From Octopus sinensis (Eukaryota): a DNA stretch of 64,000 bases. This document shows, one piece after another, positions 11,141-24,734 of this stretch; the stretch's first letter is position 1; each line of letters opens with the position of its first letter. The notes beneath the pieces are model-generated. The model made no database searches and was not told where the DNA came from. It saw only the letters and a list, made by a program, of their open reading frames with translations. The DNA lies in contig NC_043005.1 in assembly GCF_006345805.1 (NCBI RefSeq), positions 84,134,001 through 84,198,000 of the forward strand, given 5' to 3'. The position numbers and the translations under genes are program-made.

Positions 11141-11487
11141 AAATGCCCTGATGCAGTACCAGGCAGTGGCTCTCATAGCTTCTGATCTTAACTGATTGGA
11201 AGTGTTATCATGTACATTGTTTTGTCTTGGTATAAAAGATGGGCTACAGCAAATATTCTGCTCAGTACCACAGATTTGCTTGTCACTTGTTTGACCATAA
11301 CCAGTTGAGCATGTCCCTTAGTGGCTGATGATATGTGCATCTCTGATCATGAGCAGAAGCAGCAGGGGAGCATCATATCATAGCCATGTGTCGAGAGGAA
11401 TTCTTTGGGGTCTAAATAATTCCCCTCTGGAAACATGGGTGTTTCGTTCAACATCCTTAAACAACTCTTGGTCAGGGATCTTTTGAA
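11141..11487 (+). mobile_element. Family D repeat (putative 5' portion)
   Basis: Reverse complement of ~61420-61705 and ~175-313; preceded by AAT repeats. Confidence 0.75.
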
Positions 11488-11749
11488 GCAGAATATTTGA
11501 GTTGTATATGGTTGGTTTAAATGCCGAAGGGTTAAAACAAAAGGCTTGTATTGTAGAACTAAGGACAACTTCAATAAGGTTGGCATCAAATGGGTTAAAC
11601 TGCACAGACAATGCATCTGTCTGTGTATTATATTCTTGAAAACAATTCAAGATTTTACCAGAAATACTGATGTTCTGCTATATATATATATATATATATA
11701 TAGTATATATATATATATATACACATACATACACACACATATATGTGTG

Positions 11750-11783
<34 letters not shown>

Positions 11784-11890
11784 CACATACACTCATACAT
11801 ATATGTATATATATACATATATTATACATACATATATATATATATTCTATACATCGTCATCATTTAACATATAGATACATATATATGCAC

Positions 11891-11923
<33 letters not shown>

Positions 11924-12822
11924 CACACATATATATATGCATATATATACATACACCAACTAATGCTCTTGTGTTTGTCTGTCTGTGTGTGTATATATAT
12001 ATAATATATATATATATGTATGTATATATATATGCTCTTATATATATATGCACACACCCCCAACACATCATTTGTCACAGACCTGACCTATTTCTGCTGC
12101 AATTGTCTTCAATCTTCCTCTTTTAGAAGCAGTAAAAGGAGAGGGTGGTGGTGGTGGTGTGAGGATCAGGTAATGATTGAGTACCATGATTGGTGATGGT
12201 GGCAGGTAAGTTGGGGGTGAGGGGTGTGGGAGATGAATCTAGTGCTGGTTATTATTGCTTTTGAAGAGCCATTTCAGAGTTATTTTGGGGTGATGGCCAT
12301 GATGAGTTTTTTTTTTTTTAGTGTAGTGGCACTAAGAGTGGACAAGAGGGTGAATCAGTGTGGTGGTGGTGGTCAGAAAGGCGACAATTATGATTGGTGT
12401 TTGAATAGTAGTGGTCAGGAAGTGGTGACGATGGTGGTAAAAATGCAGTGGCCAGAGAGGCAGTAGTGTTGATGATGGTTGTGATAATTATGGTCAGGGA
12501 AATGATAATTAATAGTGGTGGTCAAAGTTGTGATTAGAGAAGTAATTAAAATAGTGGTCAAAGAGGTAAGGATGATGGTACCGGTGGTAATAGTAGCGGT
12601 CAGGGAAATAATAATTATAATGGTGGTGTTGGCTATATTATGGGGGATCATTCAGCTTGTATTTCAAAGAAGAGTGAGACTGTCCATGTGAACTGATGCA
12701 AATTGCAGGGCTCAGTGAACATTGACACCTTGAACACGCATTGAGGGTCCTGAGATCCCATTGTCCTGGGGCCTGTCAGGTCGAAAGTTATTTAAAGTGA
12801 CAGGCAGAATCTATAGCAAGCT

Positions 12823-12990
12823 ATAGGCACAAGAGTGGCTGTGTGGTTAGAAGCTTGCTTCCCAACCACGTAGTTCCAGGTTCAGTCCCACTGCATAGCA
12901 CCTTGGGTAAGTGCCTTCTACTATAGCCTTGGGCCAACCAAAGCCTTGTGAGTGAATTTGGTAGACGGAAACTGAAAGAAGCCTGTTTTA
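12823..12990 (+). mobile_element. SINE family A, 5' half
   Basis: A box TGGCTGTGTGG, B box GGTTCAGTCCC. Confidence 0.8.
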
Positions 12991-14869
12991 TATACATATA
13001 TATACATATGTGGTTGGTAAGCAAGCTACTTACCACACGGCCACTCCTACGCCTGACATTATCCGACAAACACCAACCAAGATGGCATGAATCAGCCCAG
13101 CTTTATCTGCTAGAAATAGCAACTCAGATGTTTTAAAATCAAGAAGCAAATGGAGGGCAGATTTTTAATCCTGGGATCATCCTGATCCCCAAAAGGTATA
13201 ATATGTCTATGTAGAGCAAATGTAGACTGAGATACAGGGGTCCTGGATGGATAGACAGACAGAATTTCACTTTTATTATCATAGATGTGTACCTTTCCAA
13301 GATGGGTTTTAACTTGATGAAGATCTAGCTTCTATTTCTAGTGAATGGAGTGACTGTGTAGAGGTTCTCTCATTAGGTCGAGATGCTAGTGGTGCTGGTT
13401 GATGTTGTTCAAGGACAGCGGATACTTGTGTGAGCATGTGTGTGTGTATGTATGTATGTATGCACACATGAATAGCTTGTATATATATATGTGAAAGAAA
13501 AACCAAGTGTATGTATATGTGTGTGTGTGTGCATGCATGCAGTAGTGAAAAAGAGGTCAAAGGTTGTCAAAGGATGGAGGTAGGTAGGTGATGTAGAAAT
13601 CATCCAGTGAAGGGGAGGGAGGGAGAAGAGAGAAGTAAGACAGCATCTTACAGTGATAGTGATGATGATTGCTTTGGCTATGGTCAAGGTTGGGGGTGAA
13701 GTGTGTGTGAAGAGGTGTTGATTCTTGTTAACTTTTGAGTCATCATAATCATCATCATCATTACCATCACCCTCATTGAATCATTGTCCTCCTCATCATC
13801 ATCATCATTATCATCACCCATCATATCATTGCCACCACCACCACCATCATCATCAGAATCAACTTCCTGCTGTTTTGTAAGGGATGTCATGAGAAAGAGT
13901 GTATCTGGGAACAATAGTTTGTCTGCAGATGATGACAATGATGATGATGGGTGATGGGCATTGAGGGTGGGTGGGGATAAGGAAACTGGGCAGATGCTGC
14001 CATTGGAGGAAATGACAGTAGACAATGATGATGATGATGCTCGTGGTGGTGATGGTGAAAGTGAATGCTAGGAGTGGCAGGAGAGAAAAGAAATTAGGTC
14101 AGGGAAGTGGATCAAGTTGCTGTCAGAAGATGATGATGACGAGGAGGAGGAGATGATTTATAATGATGATGATGATGATGATTATAATGAAGAAGAAGAT
14201 GATGATGGTGGTGGTGGTGGTGTTGATAACGCAAAGAACTGGATCATGAGTAGTCATGAGAACAAGTGGTGGTGGTGGTAATAATTTCATCCAATAAAAG
14301 ATTTTTTTTTGAATCTGGTACTTATTCTATTAGTCCCTTTTGCCAAGCTGCTAAGTTATAGAGGAACATAAACCAACACAGCTGTCAAGGGGCAGTGGAG
14401 AACAAACATAATGTCTCACACACACACAGGATTTCTTTCAAGTTTCCACCTACCAGATTCACACACAAAGTTTTGATCAAACTGGTGCTCTGGTAGAAGA
14501 CACTTTCCCATGGTGCCTCACAGTGGGACTGAACTCAAGACCACATGGTTGGGAAGCAAGCTTCTTGACTGCACAGCCATGCCTGCATGCATATGGAGAG
14601 AAATGAGCCTGGAATGGAATTATGGAGGAAGATGCATCTGGACGAAATAGAGAGAAAGGGACTTAAGTTGAAGGAGATTCTTCAAAGAGAATTCTAGAAC
14701 AAAGGTATTGGTAACCTATTTTAGTTGTCTTAAATGAGTCATCGTTGAAGTACATTTGTGAGTGTATGTAGGTCAGAAATAAACTGACTGACCACTGTCT
14801 GACCACTAAACTGACATAAATTATCAGAGGATCTTTTTTTTTTTTCTGTAAGGTAGGGTGTAAGTTCTC

Positions 14870-15552
14870 AAGTTCTCAACCATTTTTTACATGAGATTGT
14901 TGCCAGAGCAACAAGCTGGCCTCCGTGCCCATGGCACATTAAAAACACCATTTGAGCATGATCGTTACCTGCGTCGCCTTACTAGCACTTGTGCTGGTGG
15001 CATGTGAAAAAAACATTCGAGCGAGGTCGTTGCCAGTACCGCTGGACTGGTTCCTGTGTAGGTGGCACATAGAAGGCACCATTTGAGCGTGGCCGTTGCC
15101 AGTACCGCCTGACTGGCCCTCGTGCTGCTGGCACGTAAAAGCACCCACTACATTCTTGGAGTGGTTGGTGTTAGGAAGGGCATCCAGCTGTAGAAACTGC
15201 TAGATCAGATTGGAATATGTTGAATAAATTGGTGCAGCCATCTGGTTTGCCAGACCTCAGTCAATCGTCCAACCCATGCTAGCATGGAAAGCAGACGTTA
15301 AATGATGATGATGATGATCTCCTTTGATCCCTATTTTACTTGGGATGGTAGCCATTTGATGTCTAAAAACCCCTATTATATTTTTATGATTAAATATTAT
15401 TAGGAATTGTTTAAATAATGATAAAATATTTGGTGTGTTGTAGAAGTAAAACCAGTTTATTGCAGATAAATTTTAACAAGAAAATCTTATATGGACCCGC
15501 AAGGATCACATCAATCCTCAAGGGGCATGTGGATACTGGTTGAGAACCACTG
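14870..15552. mobile_element. hAT-like MITE interrupted by an RTE 3'-UTR copy (~14895-15318, +)
   Basis: GTTCTCAACCATTTTT ... GGTTGAGAACCACTG; body matches 934-1165; insert has ~60-bp units and a (GAT)n tail. Confidence 0.7.
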
Positions 15553-15995
15553 GTGTAGGAAAAGAGGCAGTGCCCATGGCCTCTGTAGGCTCTCCTGGGC
15601 CAGCGAGATTGATGCCATTATAGATGGATAGGTTGTATTCCATCTAATGTGACTCCACTCAGAAGGCTGTCATATCATTTGACAGGAACACGGTATAAAG
15701 AAATACATGGAACAAGGTAGTAACTTTAAATGCCTATAATGTGGTCACGTATATACACATTATGTGGATACTGGTTGAGAACCACTGGTGTAGGAAAAGA
15801 GGCAGTGCCCATGGCCTCTGTAGGCTCTCCTGGGCCAGCGAGATTGATGCCATTATAGATGGATAGGTTGTATTCCATCTAATGTGACTCCACTCAGAAG
15901 GCTATCATATCATTTGACAGGAACACGGTATAAAGAAATACATGGAACAAGGTAGTAACTTTAAATGCCTATAATGTGGTCACGTATATACACAT
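15527..15995. repeat. Near-perfect ~235-bp tandem duplication
   Basis: 15527-15761 repeats at 15762-15995 with one visible substitution. Confidence 0.9.
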
Positions 15996-16984
15996 TGAAT
16001 GGTAAAATGGAAATGGCTTGATGCATGGAGGCCATAGTCTTCTCCTGTGTGTTAGCTCCTATCTGCTAATGGTGTGTGGTGTGAGAGAGCCAGTTAGGCT
16101 ACGTCTTCACTGTCTCGTGTCCCGATGCAGAAAAAGGTAGTTGTAAGGGCTTGTGCCAGAATCTCACACGCTAATGTTATCTAGCGATCTTGTTTTAAAA
16201 CTGCAGTCAAAGGGGTAACTGTGCCTACACCATTAATGTCCCTAGAGAATTTCTCTAAGCCAACATCAGCATGGAAGGGAACCCAGAAAGCCAACACTGC
16301 TTCTAGGAAGAAAGAACTGTGGGGGTTGGACACAACAAGGGTGATGGGAGGAAGAGAAACAAATGGAGTGGGGATGTTTGAGTGGGGGTGGCATGAGTCC
16401 ACCTGGTTCCAAGAAATAAGGGCCATGATAGTATTTTGGCCAGCCTATGAACTTTTCAGCTGAAACTCACGCACACACACACACACACACACATGTATGT
16501 ATGTAAATATGTATGTCATACACAACTTTGGCCATCCTACTAGAATATAAATAATTCTTCTCATTATGAGAATTCATCAAATGATAATTATCTGAATATA
16601 AAATAATTAAACAAGAGAAGAAACTACCCCTCCCCCCTCCCACTCCACTTACACACAACATAAATAACATCAATAACCAATTCAAGAACAACCACAAAAA
16701 TGTATCAAATTTGAATAATTAATAAGATGTAAGACGGGTTATTTTGATTAAGCATCGATTAGAGAAAACACCAACCATAAAAGCAAAAAAAAAATCTGAT
16801 GAGGTAAAAGATTAGGATGATGGGGTGGGGTGGAATAGGTTGCTTGCGGTGTTTGTGTTTTGGTCAAACCAGATCAGAGAGTCTTGTGGTCAAATAGCAT
16901 TTTAGTATACAAAACCACTGTGTCTGAGTTTCAGACATAGTATATCTAGGACTATATCATTTAATATGTTCCGCTGTTCCACTG

Positions 16985-17297
16985 ACTGACATTCCATCAG
17001 TTATGATGACGAGGGCCCCAGTCGACCTGATCTGCAAATCAGTCTGTTTGTGAAATTAACATGCAAGTGGCTGAGCACTCCACAGACACGCATACCCTTA
17101 ACGTAGTTCTCAGCGAGTTTTACTATGACAAAGCAGGCCCTTTGAAATGCAGGCACAGATCATTTTTGCCAGCTGAGTGGACTGGAGCAATGTGAAATAA
17201 AGTGTCTTGCTCAAGGACACAATGCACTCCTGGGAATTGAACTCATGACCTTGCAATCGTGAGCTGAATACCTGAATCACTAAGCTACATGCCTTCA
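16985..17297 (-). mobile_element. SINE family E (tRNA-derived)
   Basis: tRNA-like head, GTGTCCTTGAGCAAGACACT core; 3' part shared with 38594-38977. Confidence 0.7.
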
Positions 17298-17607
17298 TTG
17301 AGACATAGTTGTAAGCTAGACTACATTAGTCAGTATTAGTTTCCTTCTTCTAAGATGGTAGGAGGTGATTTGAAAGAGAGTGTTGAGGGTTCAATCTCCA
17401 TGTAGAGCTAACCTTGTAGACTGGGTTGAGTAAAGGTAGTTGTTGCTGTATTGTTTAGCCCTTGGTCAGGCTTGACTGAGCAGACATATGATCAAAAGTG
17501 TTCCAGTTATGGCTATCACATCTTTTTATATATTAAGGGCTACATTGTTAAAAAAATAATAAAAAATAATGATGATAATAATAATAAGAAGAAGAAAAAG
17601 AAGAAGA

Positions 17608-18783
17608 ATGCACCACCCTAAGGCAGATATAGAACAACTTTATCTGCAAAGAAAAGAGGGAGGCCATGGACTTTTACAACTGGAATTAGCAATGAAGATT
17701 GCCACAATTGGCCTAGACATCTACCTGAAAAACTCTGATGACTGGATGTTAAAACTTGTCTCAAAACATGAAAACAAGAAAGCATCAAACTCAGTAACAA
17801 TACAGGCAAAGGAATGTCTAAGTGAATTCCAAATACAACAAATTCCAGAATTAGACGTACTAGAAACAAGCGCAGAAAAAGCTAAGCGTATGAAAACCCA
17901 TGCTAAAACTGCTGCCTTAGATATTCTTACTGATAAATGGGAAGAGAAGCCTCTCGATGGCAACTACCCAAAGAGAGTGAATAATGCCGATGTTGACAAA
18001 GCTCTTATCCATCAATGACTAATGGCCTCTGGCTTAAAATCTGAAATGGAAGGGTTTATCATAGCAGCCCAAGATCAATACCTACCTACAAGGAACTATC
18101 AGGCCAATATATTAAAGAACGGTAGCTTCCCAACATGTCGTGTATGTCAATAACAAAATGAGACTATTGATTATGTTGTCTCCATGTGCAGTTTTCTTGC
18201 GCCTACAGAGTATCTCAACAGGCATGATAGAGCTGCACAATATATTCACTGGGTAATTTGCAAAAACCTGGACCTGCCTCATGATAAAAACTGGTGGGAA
18301 CACAAACCACCTCCAGTGCTTGAAAATGATCACATCTCACACCTCTGGAACTTCACTATTCAAACTGACAGAAAGATAGATGCAAATAGGCCAGACATCA
18401 TATTGAAAGACTTCAGACGAAAAACATGCCTCCTCATTGATATATGACTGTCCCAATCGATATAAATGTATCTGTCAAGACCTACCAAAAATGAGCAAAT
18501 ATAAAGATCTTGAAATAGAAATTAGCAAAAATGTGGAACCTCAAGACTAAAACAATACCTGTTGTCATAGGTGCCCTAGGAATGATAGCAAAAGGGGCTG
18601 ATTGCTACCTAGCTCAGATACCAGGAAACCCCAAAATGGCAGAAATTCAAAAGATAGTGCTCATGGGAACTGCTCATATCCTACACAAAATACTTTCTAT
18701 GTAATCTCAAATTTTAAAACAAACTCATAATTTTCTTATGGTTTCTTAAACATTCTCTAGAACAACACTATTTACAAAACCAA
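17608..18783 (+). mobile_element. 5'-truncated R4/Dong-clade retrotransposon (zinc knuckle + restriction-like endonuclease), pseudogenised
   Basis: HPKADIEQLYLQRKEGGHGL, AAQDQ, CRVC..ETID...C, RHD, NRPDI...ID, KYKDL, IPVVIGALG; internal stops and frameshifts; terminal stop at 18702-18704. Confidence 0.9.
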
Positions 18784-18787
18784 GGTT

Positions 18788-19085
18788 CCAGTGTGATTTA
18801 GTTTGGTTTCTATGGCTGGATGCCCTTCCTAATGCCAGCCACTTTACAGTGTGTGCTGGGTGCTTTTAATGTGGCACCAGCACAAGCACTTTTACGTGAC
18901 ACCAACATGTGTGCTTTTTATCTGGCACCGACACATGACTCTTGCAGGCCAATCCTCTTCCTCAGGGGATGCAGCCTTAATACTGCGAAGGATGGGTCAT
19001 CTTGAGTACAGCAAAGCACCAGTTATCTCGGTCCTTTGTCATCTTGTCTGTAAGGTTCAGCATTCTGAAGTCATCCTTCATTAGC
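18788..19085 (-). mobile_element. Old RTE 3' end with degenerate UTR units
   Basis: MKDDFRMLNLTDKMTKDRDNW...VLKMT aligns with the C-terminus of the 8392 ORF; followed by GGCATTAGGAAGGGCATCC domain. Confidence 0.7.
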
Positions 19086-19486
19086 TCATAAAGGAAAAAA
19101 GGCAGAAGGCTACCTGTAGGACTCAAACCCATATCTATTGTAAACCAAACAGCTATGATACCATTACACCAAGGTAGTTTTCCACCTTTCATCCCTCCAA
19201 ATTCGATATTTTAATCTTACATGTAAGAAAAATTGTTTGATGTTCTGAACTTGGTTCTGGTAATTCCTGAAACATCACTGATGTCACACCATATTAGGCT
19301 CTTGCTGATACAGTTTGGCATAGCACTGAAGGTGCAGAGATGGAAAAGTCAAAGTTTCATACAACTTTGTCACCTGACTGTACTCTGTACTGGCAACATT
19401 CATTTGGAAAGAGTGACCTTATACACAGCACAAACATTTCATCATTATAAACAAAGAAATCAGCAAGAAAACAAGAGTCTACAATA

Positions 19487-19901
19487 TACTCTTACTCTTT
19501 TACTCTTTTACTTGTTTCAGTCATTTGACTGCGGCCATGCTGGAGCACCACCTTTAGTCGAGCAAATCGACCCCGGGACTTATTCTTTGTAAGCCCAGTA
19601 CTTATTCTATCGGTCTCTTTTGCCGAACCGCAAAGTGACAGGGACGTAAACACACCAGCATCGGTTGTCAAGCAATGCTAGGGGGACAAACACAGATACA
19701 CAAACATATACACACACACTTATATATATATACATATACGACAGGCTTCTTTCAGTTTCCGTCTACCAAATCCACTCACGAGGCATTGGTCGGCCCGGGG
19801 CTATAGCAGAAGACACTTGCCCAAGATGCCATGCAGTGGGACTGAACCCGGAACCATGTGGTTGGTTAGCAAGCTACTTACCACACAGCCACTTCTGCGC
19901 C
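19487..19901 (-). mobile_element. Full-length SINE family A
   Basis: tRNA-like A/B boxes, internal TA/TG microsatellite, (AGTAAAAG)n tail; near-identical to 21812-22226. Confidence 0.9.
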
Positions 19902-20255
19902 TATATATATATTTTTATATTTAAAAAAAATGTGTAGAGGTAACAGACAGTACAACTTGTCATGCCACGAAAATTAATGGAAATTACCAGGAGCTCTTGC
20001 AGAATAAAAGGCAAGTAAACTATGAATGTTAATTTTAATTTTAATTTAATTTTATAAATAGATCTTTTATCAAGAAACAATATATAAATTAATATTTTAA
20101 CACTAATAATCAAACACAATCCAATTAAAAAATTAAATAATATTGTTATATAAATACATTACTTATCTTATCGAAAAACATTTTATAACGGAATTTTAAA
20201 TGTAAAAACGTAGTTACAATACGTATATTTATTTATTTTTATTATCATTATTATT

Positions 20256-20582
20256 GAGTGAGAGAGCAGCGCATGCCATCAAAGTGACAGTGGGGTAAAA
20301 TATACGAGGCCCAGTATACCCATCATGACTACCCGTCTGATAAGGGTACACCAGGCACATGCATCACAACCATATGTGTGCGACATGATGATCTCATATC
20401 AAGATAAACAGCACATGACCTTGTAGGTGGGGCCCAGTTAGAATTTTCTTCTGGTCGAGTAACCTATCCTGCTCAAAAGGTCCCTGAGTAAGGGTTGTTT
20501 AAGGATGTTGAACGAAACACCCATGTTTCCAGAGGTGAATTATTCAAGCCCCAAAGAATCCCTCTCAACACATGGCTATGAT

Positions 20583-20586
<4 letters not shown>
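20256..20586 (-). mobile_element. Family D repeat, TAA-flanked on both sides
   Basis: Multi-copy match; (TTA)n at both ends. Confidence 0.8.
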
Positions 20587-20625
<39 letters not shown>

Positions 20626-21238
20626 CTGTGAATTAACATATTACATATAATTTATTTTGTAAAATAGTTTTGTAAGACAAAATTTTCTCTAATAGTTAGG
20701 AGTTTTATTTGTTATGCAGTATAACATTAAAGTAAATACTTTTAATATTAATTGATATTTTGGTTAATTCTATAAGTGAGTGTAATCTATATATACTATA
20801 TATAAATTAATAATATAGTAAGTTTAAATAATAGGTGTGTTTATATTTCAACCATTTTCTATTTTTAAATTTTGTAGTCATAGTTTGTAGTAGTATTATG
20901 TATATAAGTTAGCATGAATTTTTTTTTTTAGTATATCATCATCATCATCATCATCATTTAACGTCTAAGATTTAACTTAGATGTTTATCAAATAAATAAA
21001 TAGATAAATAGATAAATAAATAAATGATTTAATTTAATGTATATAGAATAAATTATAGTATTTTAGTTTTCACTAAATGTATATTTTGTATTATATATAT
21101 ATATTATTATTATCATTTTGTAGTTTATTTAATTATTGGTATAGGTTTTATTATATATTTAATTTTTTTCTATATGGTATAATTTAATTATATCATTGTT
21201 CTTGCATTGTTGAATTGATGAAAGGTGGTTCTTCTCTA

Positions 21239-21271
<33 letters not shown>

Positions 21272-21274
<3 letters not shown>

Positions 21275-21807
21275 GGTGTCCCAAAAAAATGTATACACAC
21301 CTTAAATAATTGTAAATTTGGGGTTTATTATAATTCGAATAATTTTCAACATGTAAAAGAATTTACAAATATCATTCTATTGTCTTGTTATCGCATGTTC
21401 TCAAACTGATGTCCGTTCTGCTCCAGACTCTGCTGACAACGCGAAGCAATGGAATGGCACACATCATGGAACAATTCCCTTGGTATATTCGTACATTCAT
21501 GTTCAATGGTTGCCCTCAATTGAACGACTGTTGCAGGTTTCTGTGTGTAGACTTTGTCCTTTAGGTATCCCCATAAAAAGAAGTCTAGTGGTGTGAGGTC
21601 TGGTGAACGTGGAGGGTATTCGACAAAACCTCTCCGTCCAATCCACCTGTTTGGCAAGATCCCATCAAGAAAGGATCTAACATCGCGATGGTAGTGTGGA
21701 GGTGCCCCATCTTGCTGGAAATAAAACTCTTCCTGTTCAAAGTCCTCTCTAATGCTTGGCATGACAGACTGTTGCACCATGTGTATACATTTTTTTGGGA
21801 CACCCTA
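21272..21807 (-). mobile_element. Internally deleted Tc1/mariner DD41D (rosa/VS-type) transposon
   Basis: 28-bp TIRs CAGGGTGTCCCAAAAAAATGTATACACA in TA flanks; ORF has FQQDGAPPH...PPRSPDLTPLDFFLWGYLK with 41 residues between the 2nd and 3rd Asp. Confidence 0.9.
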
Positions 21808-21811
21808 TATA

Positions 21812-22031
21812 TACTCTTTTACTCTTTTACTTGTTTCAGTCATTTGACTGCGGCCATGCTGGAGCACCGCCTTTAGTCGAGCAAATCGACCCCGGGACTT
21901 ATTCTTTGTAAGCCCAGTACTTATTCTATCGGTCTCTTTTGCCGAACCGCTAAGTGACGGGGACGTAAACACACCAGCATTGGTTGTCAAGCAATGCTAG
22001 GGGGACAAACACAGACACACAAACACACACA

Positions 22032-22072
<41 letters not shown>

Positions 22073-22226
22073 GACAGGCTTCTTTCAGTTTCCGTCTACC
22101 AAATCCACTCACAAGGCATTGGTCGGCCCAGGGCTATAGTAGAAGACACTTGCCCAAGATGCCACGCAGTGGGACTGAACTCGGAACCATGTGGTTGGTT
22201 AGCAAGCTACTTACCACACAGCCACA
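21812..22226 (-). mobile_element. SINE family A
   Basis: Near-identical to 19487-19901. Confidence 0.9.
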
Positions 22227-22525
22227 GTGGTTAAGAGTGTTGGGCTCATAATCATGGGGTAGTGAATTAGATTCCTGGACAGGGCTGTGTTGTGTTCTTG
22301 AGCGTCACACTATTTCACATTGCTCCAGTTCACTCAGCTGGAGAAATGAGTTGTGACGTCACTGGTGCCAAGCTGTATCGGGCTTTGCCTTTCCCTTGGA
22401 TAACATTGGTGGCATGAAGAGGGGAGGCTGGTATGTATGGGCGACTGCTGGCCTTCCATAGAATCAACCTTGCTCAGCCTTGGTGCAATCTAATGGTCAC
22501 TTATGATCAAAGGGGGTCTTTACCA
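22222..22525 (+). mobile_element. tRNA-derived SINE related to family E, with a different 3' part
   Basis: AGTGGTTAAGAG head, TTGTGTTCTTGAGC...CACTCAGCTG core; tail also seen at ~43980-44090 (-). Confidence 0.6.
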
Positions 22526-23218
22526 TTTATATATGCATATATATTCGTATATGACAGGCTTCTTTCAGTTTCCTTCTACTAAATCCACTCTCAAGGTTTT
22601 GATTGAGAAAACACTTGCCCAAGATGCCATGCAGTGGAACTGAACCTGAATCTATACAGTCGGGAAGCAAACTTCTTCACCTTACAGTTATGTGTGTGCG
22701 TGCATTTGTTGATACATATACATGCATACATACACACACATGCTGAGCTATATTTTTCAGTAATTCTATAGTTATTCCGCACTCCACAACGAAGTGACAA
22801 AAAAAAATTTTTTTTAATGGTAACTAGGCACACCCTTATTTTTTGACTCCTGCAATTTCTCTGCAGAGACATTCTCAGAGACATTTTTTTTTGCTTCAAC
22901 ATGTGATGTCAAATAAATTCAGTGAATTCTCATGACTAATCAGTTTTCTTCTGTAAAGAACGGTTATTTATTTATTTATGAATTTATATATGTGTGTCAG
23001 TTTGGTGATGAAAAAAAAAGGCTACACACACACATGCACAAACACACACACAAACACACACACACATATATACATACATACATATATATATATATGTTAC
23101 TGTAACATCGTCCTCTGTGGGACCACCACATTTAGTTGGCAAATATATTTTACAATTCTATACTGTTACTGTTTAACTCTCCCTCAGAGATTTAATACAT
23201 CCTATATATATATATATA

Positions 23219-23637
23219 TCTCACGCCAGACTTCTCTCTGATGACCTCGCTACTGATGTGCTCTCTCAACAAGATTCCAAGCAGTGACCTTTCCATGGCT
23301 CTTTGAGCCGTTATCAGTTTCTGCTCTTCTCTCTTTGTTGTAGCCCATGTTTCACTACCATATAACATTGAGGGATGTCATTGCAGAATATACCTGCAGC
23401 AAGTTTAGATGGGCTGGACACGTCGCCCGGCTCACCGGTGGACCTGCGCAGTTGTCGAGTCGTACATGCATGAGCGGAAATGACCTCTTGGAAGGCCTTC
23501 ACGACGGTGGAGTTATGATTTCAGGAGGGCGATTGGGATCACGTGGATGAGAAAGGCGCGATCCAGAGAGGAGTAGACAGCGTGCTGTGACCAGAGGTGT
23601 CAAATGGATGCCCGACGGACTGGTCGGTCAAGGTGAT
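23219..23637 (+). mobile_element. Short RTE (RTE-1/BovB-like) copy with 5' inversion
   Basis: 23368->23219 (-) reads MLYGSETW...QRAMERSLLG...IREKSGVR; 23368 onward (+) reads LRDVI...FRWAGHVARL...GRPSRRW. Confidence 0.85.
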
Positions 23638-23962
23638 ATATGTGTGTGTGTGTGTGTATAACAAATGGCTAAGGTCAGTTGGGTGTGAAGCTGGGGTATT
23701 TCTAGTGAAGCACTCAACCTGAGTACTGGGCGAATGAACACTGTCGGGATCCAAGCCAAGGCTGGAATACTTTTGTAGAAAATTCAAGTTTCACAATGAT
23801 TATACTGTCATATAGGTATGGTGAAGGGTAAATGATCCAATGAAAAGGGGAAGACAAAGAAAATTCTTTTACACATCTTTAATTAAAAGTTACAATTGTT
23901 TCATGTGATTCTGTACACTCTCCATTTGCAACGCCAGTGTCCGCAAAAACATTACATAATTT

Positions 23963-24086
23963 ATGCAGTTTAGCCATCGGAGAGGCATCTCCTGATACTT
24001 GTACCAAGGTCAAATAGACACACAATGTAATAGCATGACTTTGATACAAGTCTGAGGAAGTGCCTCTCCAATGCCTAAAACTGCAT
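23963..24086. repeat. Small palindromic element (~50-bp imperfect arms)
   Basis: ATGCAGTTTAGCCATCGGAGAGGCA...CTTGTACCAAGGTCA pairs with TGACTTTGATACAAG...TGCCTCTCCAATGCCTAAAACTGCAT. Confidence 0.75.
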
Positions 24087-24734
24087 ACATTACATAATTT
24101 TTCCTTCAAGAATGGAGATGATACAGAAACATGTATAACTTATTATTAAAGAAGTATAAATGAATTTTCTAAGTGTTCTTCTTTTCATTGGAGTATATAT
24201 ATATATAATAATAATAATAATAATATATGATATGTAATATACATACACACATATATATAAAAGAGAATGACTCTCCCCAGACAACAGAATATGCTTCAAC
24301 ACACAAACTCATGTAAAGAATCTTGCAAATCAAATCCACAAATGAAATATAAATATATATATATATATATCATCATCATCATTGTTTAATGTCCGCTTTC
24401 CATGCTAGCATGGATTGGATGGTTTGATCGGGGTCTGGGAAGCCAGGAGGCTGCACCAGGCTTCAATCTGATCTGGCAGTGTTTCTACAGCTTGATGCCC
24501 TTCCTAACACCAACCACTCCGTGAGTGTAGAGGGTGCTTTTTACGTTCCACCGGCATGGACACCAGTCAAGGCAGCACTGGCATCGGCCACATTTGGATG
24601 GTGGTTTTTACATGCCACTGGCATAGGTATCACAACTATCCATTTGATTATTATTTTGATGTTGATATATATATATGTGTGTGCATGTAACTAACTACAT
24701 ATATGCATGTATGTATATATATATATATATATAT

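Noticed and set aside
13150-13286. Helentron/DINE-like 3' end (GACA repeats then TTTTATTATCATAGAT)
   Set aside because: Single short degenerate instance; no subterminal inverted repeats confirmed
15996-16460. Possible decayed LINE ORF1/zinc-knuckle region
   Set aside because: Only vague motif resemblance with many stops; cannot be assigned without a profile search
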